In this document: one piece after another, positions 1-9,599 of the stretch | Numbering within the stretch: the first letter of the stretch is position 1 | Layout: each line of letters opens with the position of its first letter | Assembly (NCBI GenBank): GCA_965221125.1 | Contig: CBDCRW010000004.1 | Coordinates: 960,001 to 1,024,000, forward strand | DNA: 64,000 nt | Direction of reading: 5' to 3' | Source: Alphaproteobacteria bacterium | GTDB taxonomy: Bacteria; Pseudomonadota; Alphaproteobacteria; UBA828 | Made by a program: the position numbers and the translations under genes | Notes under the pieces: generated by a model | Seen by the model: only the letters and a program-made list of their open reading frames with translations | What the model was told of the DNA's origin: nothing | Database searches by the model: none

Positions 1-434
1 GACGTGTCTTGAGGATGCGCGCCCGTAACTGCGGCTCGCGCACCGGCGCCCGCGCCGTGCTGCCGCTGGCCGATGACGGGGTCCGCGAGGCGGACGTCCT
101 CGACTGGTGGAAGCGCCAACCCTTCGATCTCGGCATTCCCTCCTACGCCGGAAACTGCACGCTCTGCATGGTGAAGGCTCGTTCCAAGCTGATCCGCCTC
201 ATCCGCGAGGACGCCACTCTCGCCGACTGGTGGATCGAACAGGAGGCCAGGGTGGCGAAGCGCACCGGCCCCGACGGACGCGCCTGCGAATCCATGAAGC
301 GCTTCCGCCTCGCCGAGACCTACGCCGAGCTCAAGGCCGCGGCGCTTGCCCACCGCGACCTGTTCGACGATGCGGCGGCATCCTCCGGCGAGAGCGCCGA
401 GTCGGACTCCTTCGACTGCCACTGCACCGACTGA
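1..434 (+). CDS. PAPS-reductase-family protein (phage/MGE type), 5'-truncated by the window edge
   Basis: C-terminal motifs typical of this family: PL...V..WW..QPFDL, GNCxxCxxK, WWIEQE and a terminal CxCTD. The start lies outside the window. Confidence 0.65.
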   Translation, partial: RVLRMRARNCGSRTGARAVLPLADDGVREADVLDWWKRQPFDLGIPSYAGNCTLCMVKARSKLIRLIREDATLADWWIEQEARVAKRTGPDGRACESMKRFRLAETYAELKAAALAHRDLFDDAAASSGESAESDSFDCHCTD

Positions 435-560
435 ATCTTTCCCACCTGCCCCCGCCGATTCGGCGACGAGTGTCCCGGTCAGCCCGGCCGCGTGGCGAGG
501 ATCGATTTCCGTGGAGGGAGTCGCTCCTCTCCCCATCCACGCATTCCCGGAGACCGTTTC

Positions 561-3149
561 ATGCACGACCCCGTCATCCGATCCATCCCGCTACACCGCC
601 TGGAGCTCTCGCCCGCCAACGTCCGCAGGACCGAGGCCGGCAAGACCGCCTTCGCCGAGCTCAAGGCATCCATCGCCGCCCACGGCCTGATCAAGAACCT
701 CGTGGCCCGCTCCATCGGTCCCGGCGAGGACGGCGGCGAGCGCTTCGCCGTCATCGCCGGAGCCCGGCGCCTGGCCGCGCTCAACGAGCTCGCCAGCAAG
801 GGCACCATCGCTTCCGACTTCCCCGTGCCCTGCCGCGTCATCGAGAACGGCGTGAGCGACACCGAGATCTCGCTCGCCGAGAACGTGCTCCACGTCGCAA
901 TGCACCCCGCAGACCAAGTCCAGGCCTTCGGCGCCCTGGCGCTCGCCGGCGCCACCGTCGCCGACATCGCCGCCCGCTTCGGCGTCTCCGAGCGCATCGT
1001 CGAGCAGCGCCTCCGCCTCGGCCACGCCGCGCCGGAGCTGCTCGACGCCTACCGGGAGAACGCCATCGACCTGGAGACGCTGAAGGCCTTCGCCGTCACC
1101 ACCGACACCGCGCGCCAGGTGGCGGTATGGGAGCAGGTCAGGGACCAGGGCTACCGACCCACCGGCTGGCAGATCAAGCGCATGCTCACCGAGGACCGCA
1201 TCCCCGCCGGCGCCGCGCTCGCCCGCTACGTCGGCATCGACGCCTACGAGGCGGCCGGGGGTCCGGTGTTGCGCGACCTCTTCGCCGACGAGCACGAGAA
1301 CGGCGTCTGGCTGGAGGACCCGGTGCTGCTGATGCAGCTCGCCATGGACCGGCTGAAGGTGGCGGCGGACGAGCTCGCGACGCGGTGGAAGTGGGCCGAA
1401 GCCCGTCTCGACGTCGAGTGGTCCGACCTCGCCCGCTTCGGGCGCGTGCGCCCCACGCCGGCCGAGCAGACCTGCGAGGAGCAGGCCGAGATCGAGCGGC
1501 TGCACACCCGACAGGGCGAGTTCGCCGAGTTGGACGACGACGAGTGGACCGAGACCCTGGCCGAGGAAGCCGAGGGCATCGACACCCGCCTCGCGGAGAT
1601 CGACGAGGCCATCAAGGCCCGCGCCGTCTTCAAGCCCGAGGATATCGCCATCGCCGGATGCATCGTCACAGTCGGCAACGACGGCACGCTGCAAGTCGTG
1701 CAGGGACTCGTGAAGCCCGAGGACATGCCGGCCGATCCCGACACCGCCACGTCGGACGCCGCCTCCCAGGACGGTGTCGGTCAGGACGACGGCCGACAGG
1801 TCGGCTCCGGCATCCAGTCCCCCGCCATCTCCGGCCCGGCCATGCCGCCCGCGCGGCCCGACCCGGATGCCGAGGCGCGCAAGGAGGCCGGTGTGGGTAT
1901 CGGTCTCGCCGAGGACCTCCGCGCTATCAGGACCACGCTGGTCAAGGCGCATCTCGCCGAGGACTTCGGGGCCGCCTTCGACCTCATGCTGTTCCAGATG
2001 GCACGCGCCGTGTTCACCCCAGGCTATCACGACCATGCGCTCGACATCGCCGTGCGCGAGACCCCGGACCGGCCGCCGCTCCGCGCCAACGACGACACGT
2101 TCCACGAGTCGAGCCCCGGCGAGGCCATGCTGGAAGATCGCTCCTCGCTCCCCTCCGACTGGCTGGAGATCGAGGACGGCGCGGAATCCTTCGCCGCGCT
2201 GAGGGCACTTGCCCCTAAGGACAAGAAGCGGCTGTTCGCCGCCTGCGTCGCGCGCACGCTCAAGGGCCAGCTCGCCTTCGAGGCCAATGCGCGGCCCGAG
2301 ACGGAAGCGACGGTGGCGCGGCTCGACATCGAGTTCGCGGACCACGTCCGGCCCGGCGCCGAAATGTTCTGGTCGCGCGTCCGCAAGGATCGGATGCTCA
2401 AGGTCGCCCGCGAGACCCTGGGCATCGAGTGGGCGCACACCCACCGCAAGGACAAGAAGGCGGCCCTCGCCACGGCAATGGAAACCGCCTTCGCCGCCGG
2501 AGACGCAGTGCCTCTGGGCGTCCCGAAAGAAGGACGCGCGGCTGCGCTGGCCTGGGTGCCGCCCGGCTTCGCCGCTTTCGACACAGGCCACGTCGACAGC
2601 GGCGACGCGGCGACGCCGGCCCAGGCCGAGGGCGCAGCGTCCGGTCAGACGGTGACAGAGCCCGCGCCCTGTGCGGCCGAGGCCGCCTCCGCGCAGGAGA
2701 CTTCACCTGTGGACGCGGAACCTTCGGACGACGCGCAGTCCGGTGGACAGCAGGAGGCCGCGGCGGAGCAGCCCGAACCGGACGCCGGCGGCGAGGCCCC
2801 CGAGAGCCGGGCGCTCGATACCGCCGATGCGGAACAGGCTGATCCGTCCGAACCGTCCAACGGGACCCCTGTGCCGGAGACCACCGGATCGCCCGGCGCA
2901 CCCGATGGGGAAACCGTCGCTCCTACCGGCCACGAGGCGATCGACGCCGTGAACGCCGTCCCCGTCGCGGGCGGCGGGCCCAGGGTGATCGTGAACACCG
3001 TGGGCTTCGAGAACGGAGATGACGGCGACGCCGATGCGTCCACCGAAGATGTCCCGCCCGCACCGCCTGTTCCCGGCAACGGCCACGATGCCGCCAGTGC
3101 GAGCGGCAGCGACGCGCTGGATATCCCCGCCTTCCTGCGCCGCACGTAG
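561..3149 (+). CDS. ParB/RepB/Spo0J-family protein (long ICE/plasmid type) with an acidic low-complexity C-terminal tail
   Basis: ParB N-domain motifs (NVR, ELKASIAAHGLIKNLV, VIAGARRLAAL, SLAENV..MHPADQ) and an HTH (IAARFGVSER.V.QRLRL). ATG 561 follows GGAG. Confidence 0.85.
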   Translation: MHDPVIRSIPLHRLELSPANVRRTEAGKTAFAELKASIAAHGLIKNLVARSIGPGEDGGERFAVIAGARRLAALNELASKGTIASDFPVPCRVIENGVSDTEISLAENVLHVAMHPADQVQAFGALALAGATVADIAARFGVSERIVEQRLRLGHAAPELLDAYRENAIDLETLKAFAVTTDTARQVAVWEQVRDQGYRPTGWQIKRMLTEDRIPAGAALARYVGIDAYEAAGGPVLRDLFADEHENGVWLEDPVLLMQLAMDRLKVAADELATRWKWAEARLDVEWSDLARFGRVRPTPAEQTCEEQAEIERLHTRQGEFAELDDDEWTETLAEEAEGIDTRLAEIDEAIKARAVFKPEDIAIAGCIVTVGNDGTLQVVQGLVKPEDMPADPDTATSDAASQDGVGQDDGRQVGSGIQSPAISGPAMPPARPDPDAEARKEAGVGIGLAEDLRAIRTTLVKAHLAEDFGAAFDLMLFQMARAVFTPGYHDHALDIAVRETPDRPPLRANDDTFHESSPGEAMLEDRSSLPSDWLEIEDGAESFAALRALAPKDKKRLFAACVARTLKGQLAFEANARPETEATVARLDIEFADHVRPGAEMFWSRVRKDRMLKVARETLGIEWAHTHRKDKKAALATAMETAFAAGDAVPLGVPKEGRAAALAWVPPGFAAFDTGHVDSGDAATPAQAEGAASGQTVTEPAPCAAEAASAQETSPVDAEPSDDAQSGGQQEAAAEQPEPDAGGEAPESRALDTADAEQADPSEPSNGTPVPETTGSPGAPDGETVAPTGHEAIDAVNAVPVAGGGPRVIVNTVGFENGDDGDADASTEDVPPAPPVPGNGHDAASASGSDALDIPAFLRRT

Positions 3150-3245
3150 GCGCCACGTTCCTTCCTTGCGCCCCGCCGGTCAGCGGCCTTCGGGCCGGCA
3201 GCCGACGGGGCGCCTTTCCATTCACCGCTTTCATTGGAGACCACC

Positions 3246-5000
3246 ATGACCGATCCTTTCCACCTGCCCGCCACGATCCGGGCCCGCGTTCACGAAGGCG
3301 CCATCGACCGGGTCTCGAGATTCTTCAACGCCTCCGTCGCGGACGCGGCGGCGGAGCTGATCCAGAACTCACGCCGCAGCGGCGCCACGCGGCTCGACGT
3401 TTCCACCGAGGACGTGCCCGAGGGCGGCACCGTCGTCACCGTCACCGACGACGGTTTCGGCATCGCCGACCCGGCCGTCCTCCTCTCCTTCGGCGAGAGC
3501 GGCTGGGACGCCGCCACGGCAAAGCGCGAAGACCCCGCCGGCATGGGCGTCTATGCGCTGTCCAAGCGCGGCTGTGTCATCTCATCGCGGCCGGGCACCG
3601 CCGGGCGCGCACCCATGCCCGGCTGGCGCGTCGAACTTACGCCCGACTGCTTCATCGGAAAGCAGGAAGCCCGGATCGTTTCCTGCGAAGATGCACCCCT
3701 GCCCAGCGGCACCGCGATCTCCTTCCGCGCGGACCAGAGCAGTGAGGGCATCCGCGCCGCCTTCGGCGTCGCGGCGCGCCACTGCCCGCTGGCTGTGGCC
3801 ATCAACGGCGAGGCCGTCGAGCGCACGTCCTTCCTGGACGGCGCCCTCCACGTCGAGCGCTGGCAGGGACTCTCCTTCGGCGTCTTCGACAGCAGGTTCC
3901 CCGGCTTCAACAACTCCGACCTCAACTTCCACGGGCTCACGTTCTCCGTATGCCTGCCCACGATGGACACCATCGACGGCGGCACTTGGTCGGTGTGCGC
4001 CGACGTCGACGCGTGCCCCGAGCTGGAGCTGGTGCTCCCCGCCCGCCGCGAGGCGGTGCAGACGCCCTTCCTGGACGAGATGCGCAAGGCGGCCCGTATC
4101 GCCATCTACCGGGCCATGCGCCGCGCCGACCGCACGCCTGCGCTCTCCCACGCCCGCTTCACCGCGGCCCGGAAGGCGGGCATCGACATGCCCATCGCGC
4201 CTGCCGTCCTGCGTCCCTGGCACCCGGCCATCGCCGACATCGACGACTGGCGCGACACACCGAACCGTGAGCCGGTCCGCCCCGGCACCCTGGTCATGGC
4301 GGTCGATCCCGAGACCCAGGACCAGCAGTGCCTCTGGCGGGCAGCGGAACGGGCAGGGATCGCCGGCCGCCTGTTCGAGGCCGACACGCGCCTGGAGGGC
4401 TACGCCTGGTACGACGCGCTGGCGCGGGTGGAGAGCGTGCGCATCGACGTCACCGAGGCGGACGTCACCCAATCGCTCGATGCCCTGCGCGGCACGGACG
4501 GGTCTTCTTCGCCGGATACCGTCACGGCGCCGGGCCTGCCGGACACGCTGGCGCGGCCCGAGGCCATCAACATTCACCTTGACGTGGTGCACAGGGACGG
4601 GCCGCCCGAGACCATCGCCATCCCCGCCGACGTCGCCTTCATCGGCGAGGAGGGGACCTGGGTCGAGGATGCGTATCCGCTCGTTACCAGGGACAGCGAC
4701 CTGCAGCCCCCGGCACTCTGCCAGCTCCTGCAGGCGGCGTATTTCTCGGTCTCCGACGACCCGGACGCGGACAGCCACGACACCCAGCGCCGCCGCTTTC
4801 GCGAGGACGCGACGCACATGGCGATCAAGCTGCTCGCCACGGAGGACGAAGCCAGGAAGCACACCATCGCGGAAGCCGTCTGGCGCGAGATCTTCTGGGT
4901 GATGCCGCGCGACCGCGAGGTCTCCATCAAGGTCAGCGGCGGCAAGGTCGCGGTGGAATTAGGGCCCGAGACCCCGGCGCCGGAGGGGGTGGCGGCATGA
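3246..5000 (+). CDS. GHKL/HATPase_c-type ATP-binding protein
   Basis: N-box ELIQNSRRSGA, G1 box VTDDGFGI, and SFGESGW / GMGVYAL G2-like motif. GGAG lies upstream of the ATG. Confidence 0.75.
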   Translation: MTDPFHLPATIRARVHEGAIDRVSRFFNASVADAAAELIQNSRRSGATRLDVSTEDVPEGGTVVTVTDDGFGIADPAVLLSFGESGWDAATAKREDPAGMGVYALSKRGCVISSRPGTAGRAPMPGWRVELTPDCFIGKQEARIVSCEDAPLPSGTAISFRADQSSEGIRAAFGVAARHCPLAVAINGEAVERTSFLDGALHVERWQGLSFGVFDSRFPGFNNSDLNFHGLTFSVCLPTMDTIDGGTWSVCADVDACPELELVLPARREAVQTPFLDEMRKAARIAIYRAMRRADRTPALSHARFTAARKAGIDMPIAPAVLRPWHPAIADIDDWRDTPNREPVRPGTLVMAVDPETQDQQCLWRAAERAGIAGRLFEADTRLEGYAWYDALARVESVRIDVTEADVTQSLDALRGTDGSSSPDTVTAPGLPDTLARPEAINIHLDVVHRDGPPETIAIPADVAFIGEEGTWVEDAYPLVTRDSDLQPPALCQLLQAAYFSVSDDPDADSHDTQRRRFREDATHMAIKLLATEDEARKHTIAEAVWREIFWVMPRDREVSIKVSGGKVAVELGPETPAPEGVAA

Positions 5001-5494
5001 AGAAGCAATTCACTGTGCAGTGCGGGTTCGCCGCCTACCACGCCAACACGGTCTCGGTCGAAGCCGACACCCTCGAGGAGGCGCTGGAGAAGGCCATCCA
5101 GGTGGCCAACCAGGACCCCAACTGGAAGTCGCAGGATCATTGTGGCCCGACTCACGTCCATGCGTGCTGCATGGGCCGGGACGAAGATCCGTGGGACGAC
5201 GGCAAGTCTCTGCCCGTCCCGGCCAGGTTTGCGGAGCTGGGCGAGCCCCCAGTCGTCACCCTCACCGGACCCCGCCCGCCCGGCGGCGTCGAGGTAACGG
5301 GCGGCGCGGTCCACATACGCTTCGTTGACCCTGCCGCCACCCTCACCACGGAGGTTTCCGATCCGCCTCCGCACCCCGGCAACAAGCCGATGGTCACGGT
5401 CCGGCCCCGCCCCGATCGCGCCCCTGAAGTGGAGGTCACCCGCGGCAAGGCCATCGTAAGGATCGAGGGCTGGGAGGGAGGCAACCATGCCTGA
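4997..5494 (+). CDS. Hypothetical protein
   Basis: ATGA overlap with the upstream gene, GGAGGGGG RBS, GC3-rich codons. Confidence 0.7.
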   Translation: MKKQFTVQCGFAAYHANTVSVEADTLEEALEKAIQVANQDPNWKSQDHCGPTHVHACCMGRDEDPWDDGKSLPVPARFAELGEPPVVTLTGPRPPGGVEVTGGAVHIRFVDPAATLTTEVSDPPPHPGNKPMVTVRPRPDRAPEVEVTRGKAIVRIEGWEGGNHA

Positions 5495-5903
5495 GCCCGG
5501 CAACGCCTCCGCATTGGATCCCGTGATCTCGGCCTACACCCGCGCCCAGGCGATCGAGGACGGCATTCTCGTCGACGTCTCCGACACCGCGCGCGAGGCG
5601 GGCTTCACCATCCCCGTCGCGCTCACGCGCTCGGTCTGGAACCGGCTCGTCGCCCTTCCCGAGGGGTACCGCGGTTTCCAGGACGAGCGCGGCCGGCTCT
5701 GGGACGTCCTCTGGATGGCGCGCCACTACGCGCTCCGCGCCTCCAACAGCGACCGCGTGACCATGTGCGTGCTGGTGCGCGACATCCGCAAGGATCTCCG
5801 CGACAGCCACCGGCCGCCCCGCAAGCACTTCCCCATCGTGGCGATCGGCGCCGGCGACGAGGGTCGGGCCGCAATCACCATCATGTTCCCCGAAGACGAC
5901 TGA
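5487..5903 (+). CDS. DUF6573-like MGE protein
   Basis: YTRAQAIEDGILVDVS ... QDERGRLWDVLWM ... ITIMFPED signature. GGAGG RBS. Confidence 0.7.
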   Translation: MPEPGNASALDPVISAYTRAQAIEDGILVDVSDTAREAGFTIPVALTRSVWNRLVALPEGYRGFQDERGRLWDVLWMARHYALRASNSDRVTMCVLVRDIRKDLRDSHRPPRKHFPIVAIGAGDEGRAAITIMFPEDD

Positions 5904-6077
5904 GCGCGCCTTCCCCCTGGTGTCTCCGGCACCACCAGGAGCGGAGGCCGGCTCCGGTCGGGCGAGCGGCGCGGAACCTGGAGGACTCCGGCGCCGCCTC
6001 CCGCTCTCCTTCGGCGCCCCGCCGCGGTCTGTCCTCCCGCGGCGGGGCGTTTCCATTCCCCGTCATGGAGCCGTGCC

Positions 6078-6422
6078 ATGTCTCATTCCAGCGCCGCCCT
6101 CGCGATCCCCGATCTGCCTCCCGCACCGCACCGGGCCATGCACCCCATGGACCCGCGCCGGGGCGAGAACCTCTCGCCGATGTTCGCCGCATTCCTGTGC
6201 TGGCTGCTGGTCCTGGAACCGATGACCGACCCCGCCATCACCGGCATCGCCGTCTCCGGCAACTCCGTTCTGGCGGCCACGACCGACGATCCGCTCTTCG
6301 ACGCCCATCTCGGGGCGCTGGAGGAATTCGAGCGCAACCTGCGTGGCTGGGGCCAGGTCTGCGGCGCCGACCCGCACATGATCGATGCGCTGGTGGCCAG
6401 ACTCCAGAGCGCCGGGCGATGA
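6078..6422 (+). CDS. Hypothetical protein
   Basis: GGAG RBS and ATGA overlap with radC. Confidence 0.6.
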   Translation: MSHSSAALAIPDLPPAPHRAMHPMDPRRGENLSPMFAAFLCWLLVLEPMTDPAITGIAVSGNSVLAATTDDPLFDAHLGALEEFERNLRGWGQVCGADPHMIDALVARLQSAGR

Positions 6423-7162
6423 GCCTCTCCGATGCGCCCGCTCCCGGCCTGCGCGACGTGACGCCGTTCCCCGCGCCCGCAGTGCAGCACCCCACCGGCA
6501 CCGGTCACGACGACCTGCAAGCGCGCCTCCTCCGCGCCGGGCGCGAGGCCGTCGACGACCGGGAGCTTCTCCAGCTCCTGCTCGCAGGGTCGCACCCCGC
6601 CGCCGAAGCCCGGGATCTCGCCGGGGTCCTGCTCGACACCTTCGGCTCGCCCGCGCGCGTCCTCGCCGCCAGGACCGACACGCTCCGCGCCGTGGCCGGA
6701 CTCGGCGAAGCCGGCATCGCCGCAATCAAGACCGCCGAAGCCCTCGGCATCGCGATGGCCAGGGCCGCGCTGCCCGAGAGATTCCATCCCCAGCTCGCGA
6801 CCTACGACAAGGTCGTCGAGTATTGCCGCACCCTGGCGGCGCACCGCGACGTCGAGGAGTTCCGCGCGTTGTACCTCGACACCAAGAACCGGCTGATTCG
6901 CGACGAGCTGCTGCAGACCGGCACGGTCAACCACACCCCCGTCTATCCCAGCCAGGTCTGCGTCCGCGCGCTGGAGGTCGGCGCGTCCGCCCTCGTCGTC
7001 TTGCACCCGCACCCGTCTCAGGATCCTACACCGTCCAGGGCGGACGTAGAGATGACCGCCCGCCTGCGCGACGCCCTCAAGACCATCGACGTCGATCTCC
7101 ACGACCATATCGTCGTCGCGCCGAGCGACGCCTTCAGCTTCCACACCAAAGGCCTGCTCTGA
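6419..7162 (+). CDS. radC: RadC-family JAB-domain protein
   Basis: ELLQLLL, HhH segment (VAGLGEA), E.F..LYLDTKNRLI, GTVNHTPVYP, JAB motif HPHPS...PS.AD and DHIVV. Confidence 0.9.
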   Translation: MSLSDAPAPGLRDVTPFPAPAVQHPTGTGHDDLQARLLRAGREAVDDRELLQLLLAGSHPAAEARDLAGVLLDTFGSPARVLAARTDTLRAVAGLGEAGIAAIKTAEALGIAMARAALPERFHPQLATYDKVVEYCRTLAAHRDVEEFRALYLDTKNRLIRDELLQTGTVNHTPVYPSQVCVRALEVGASALVVLHPHPSQDPTPSRADVEMTARLRDALKTIDVDLHDHIVVAPSDAFSFHTKGLL

Positions 7163-7419
7163 AGCGCCCCGGCCCCATCATCCGCCCGGCGCGCCGTCCG
7201 GGCGACCAGGCCGCAGCCCAGACCGCAGCCCTCCGACCGGCCCGCCCCTTCCTTCCCGAACCTGTCCACCCCACCCCGCTGCCAATCTGCTCCGCCGCCG
7301 CACCCCACCACGGAAGGAGGTCGGCCAGCCGGCCGGGGGCAGTCCGGCGGGGCGGGGCGGAGTGATGCTTCGCGTCCAGCCTGCGCCGGTTCCATGCAAT
7401 TCAAGCACGGAGCCTGCTC

Positions 7420-9584
7420 ATGCTCGACGCCCACCCGGCGCCGGATGCCCCCGCGCGTCCGCCCGCCCCCGTCCCCGCCATTGCCGAAGCCGCCGAACCG
7501 CAGCCCCCCTCCGCGCCTGCCGCGCTGCTGACCGCGGCCCGCACCATACTCCCGGTCCTGGAGACCGGTTGGGCGCTGGATGCCCGCACGATGCGCGAGG
7601 CGATGACCTCCGCTTTCGGCGCCTCCGACACGGACGGCGCCTGGATCTGGAAGGATTCCTACGAGGCGGCCGAGGCGGCGCTGGTGCTCTTCCTCCAGCG
7701 CTACGGCCGCGCCATGCGGCGCGAGGCCGGTGCAGGTCCGGCCGGACCCACCGCCATGCTGCGCATGCTGGAGATCCTGGCGGCCCTGGAGCCCTCGCAG
7801 ACCAGGCGCTCAGAGGAGCAGCTCAGGTATCAGCAGTTCTCGACGCCGCTGCCCCTGGCCTACGCGGCGCTGCAGGCCGCCATGATCCGGCCCGGCGACG
7901 TCGTGCTCGAACCCTCGGCCGGCACCGGCATGCTGGCCGTCATGGCGCAGCTTGCGCTCGGCAACGGAGCCGCCGGCGCGCTTCACCTCAACGAGATCAC
8001 CGCCACGCGCGCGGGCCTTCTCGCGGGCCTCTTCCCCGGCTGCACCGTCACCCGCCACAACGCCGAGTCCATCAGGGACCGGCTGCCCGAGCTGCGGCCC
8101 ACCGTGGTGCTGATGAACCCGCCCTTCTCGGCCAGCCCCGGCGTGGACCGCATTCGCCATCACGTCGATCTGCATCACATCCGCTCGGCCGTCTCGATGC
8201 TGCCGCCGGGCGGGCGGCTGGTGGCAATTTCTTCCTCGCACTGCGTCCCCGGCGATACCGCGTGGGCGGATGCCTTCGCATCGCTCGACCCGCCGGCCCA
8301 TGCGGTGTTCACCGCCCCCATCCACGGCCGCGCCTACGCACGGCGCGGCACCACCTTCGACACCCGCCTCACCGTCCTCGATCGGGGAGGCGAGAAGCCC
8401 GCGCGGGTCTATGCCGGCCACCCCGTGCGCGACGCCGGCCACCTGTTGCAGGCGGTCACCGGCACCGTGCCGGCGCGGCGCCCCATCGAGCCGGTGCCGG
8501 GCGCGGATCTATTCGGTCAGGCGCCGGCGCCGTCGAGACGGCCCCGGCCCACGCGAGCGAAACGGACCCGGACCGCCCCGGAAGAGGCGCGGCCCCACGA
8601 CTGGGGGGTTGTGTCCGAACTTGCCTACCAGGCGGTGCCGGCCGGCGCCGGTTCCGCCGGGGCCGCGCAGCCCTCCGGTCCCTACGCACGATGGCAAGCA
8701 TCCGGCATCCACGTGCCGGGCGCGGTCGAGCACCCGACGCCGCTGGTGCAGTCCGGCGCCATGGCGGCGGTGGCGCATCCCATGCCGTCCTACCGCCCCA
8801 TGCTGCCCGAGAAAGTGGTGGCCGAGGGGCTGCTGTCCGACGCCCAGCTCGAGAGCGCGGTCCTCGCCGGCCAGGCGCACGAGTGCCATCTCGCCGCCGA
8901 GTACCGCATCGGTGCCGGCTGGGAGACGGTGCAGCGCGTCGACGTCGACGCCGACGGCGACAGCGATGAATCCGCTTCCGCCTCCGAAGACGACGGCAAG
9001 ACCGTCGACCCCGACGAGCCGCTGTCCGAACCGGTCCGCTTTCGGCGCGGCTGGATGCTGGGCGACGGCACCGGATGCGGCAAGGGCAGGCAGGTCGCCG
9101 CCATCGTCCTCGACCAGTGGCTCCGAGGCCGGAAGCGGGCGCTCTGGCTCTCCCAGTCCGACAAGCTGCTGGAGGACGCGCGCCGGGACTGGTGCGCCGT
9201 CGGCGGGCGCGCCGAAGACGTCATCCCCCTCGGCAAGGTCCGCCAGGGGGCCGACATCCCGCATGCCCAAGGCATCCTGTTCGCCACCTATGCCACGCTG
9301 CGCTCCCCCGCCCGGCAGGGCAAGCCCTCGCGCCTCGACCAGATCGTGGCCTGGCTCGCGGACGGCGACGGCGAGCAAAAGCGCCACGCATACCAGGGCG
9401 TCATCGTCTTCGACGAAGCGCACGCGATGGCCAACGCGGCGGGGTCGAAGGGCTCGCGCGGCGAGGTGAAGCCCTCGCAGCAGGGACGTGCGGGCCTGCG
9501 GCTGCAGAACGCGCTGCCCGATGCCCGTATCCTCTACGTCTCCGCCACCGGGGCCACCACCGTCCCCGGCCTCGCCTACGCGCG
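7420..9584 (+). pseudogene. Methyltransferase + strawberry-notch SF2 helicase, 5' part (interrupted by the serine-recombinase element)
   Basis: QQFSTP, VLEPSAGTG and NPPFS (N6-MTase); LSDAQLE, LGDGTGCGKGRQ, DEAH and SATG (strawberry notch). Joining 7420-9584 to 12976-15331 gives 4521 nt, an open 1506-aa frame reading ...TTVPGLAYA-RRLGLWASGETPF... Confidence 0.9.
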
Positions 9585-9599
9585 AGAGTACGCTTCATA

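Noticed and set aside
107-2591. Long alternative-frame and antisense ORFs (e.g. 107-2218 +, 591-2591 -, and similar ones at 13636-15597, 37326-39029 and 41754-43835)
   Set aside because: Shadow ORFs of high-GC genes: Arg/Pro/Gly-rich, no motifs, and fully overlapping well-supported CDSs.
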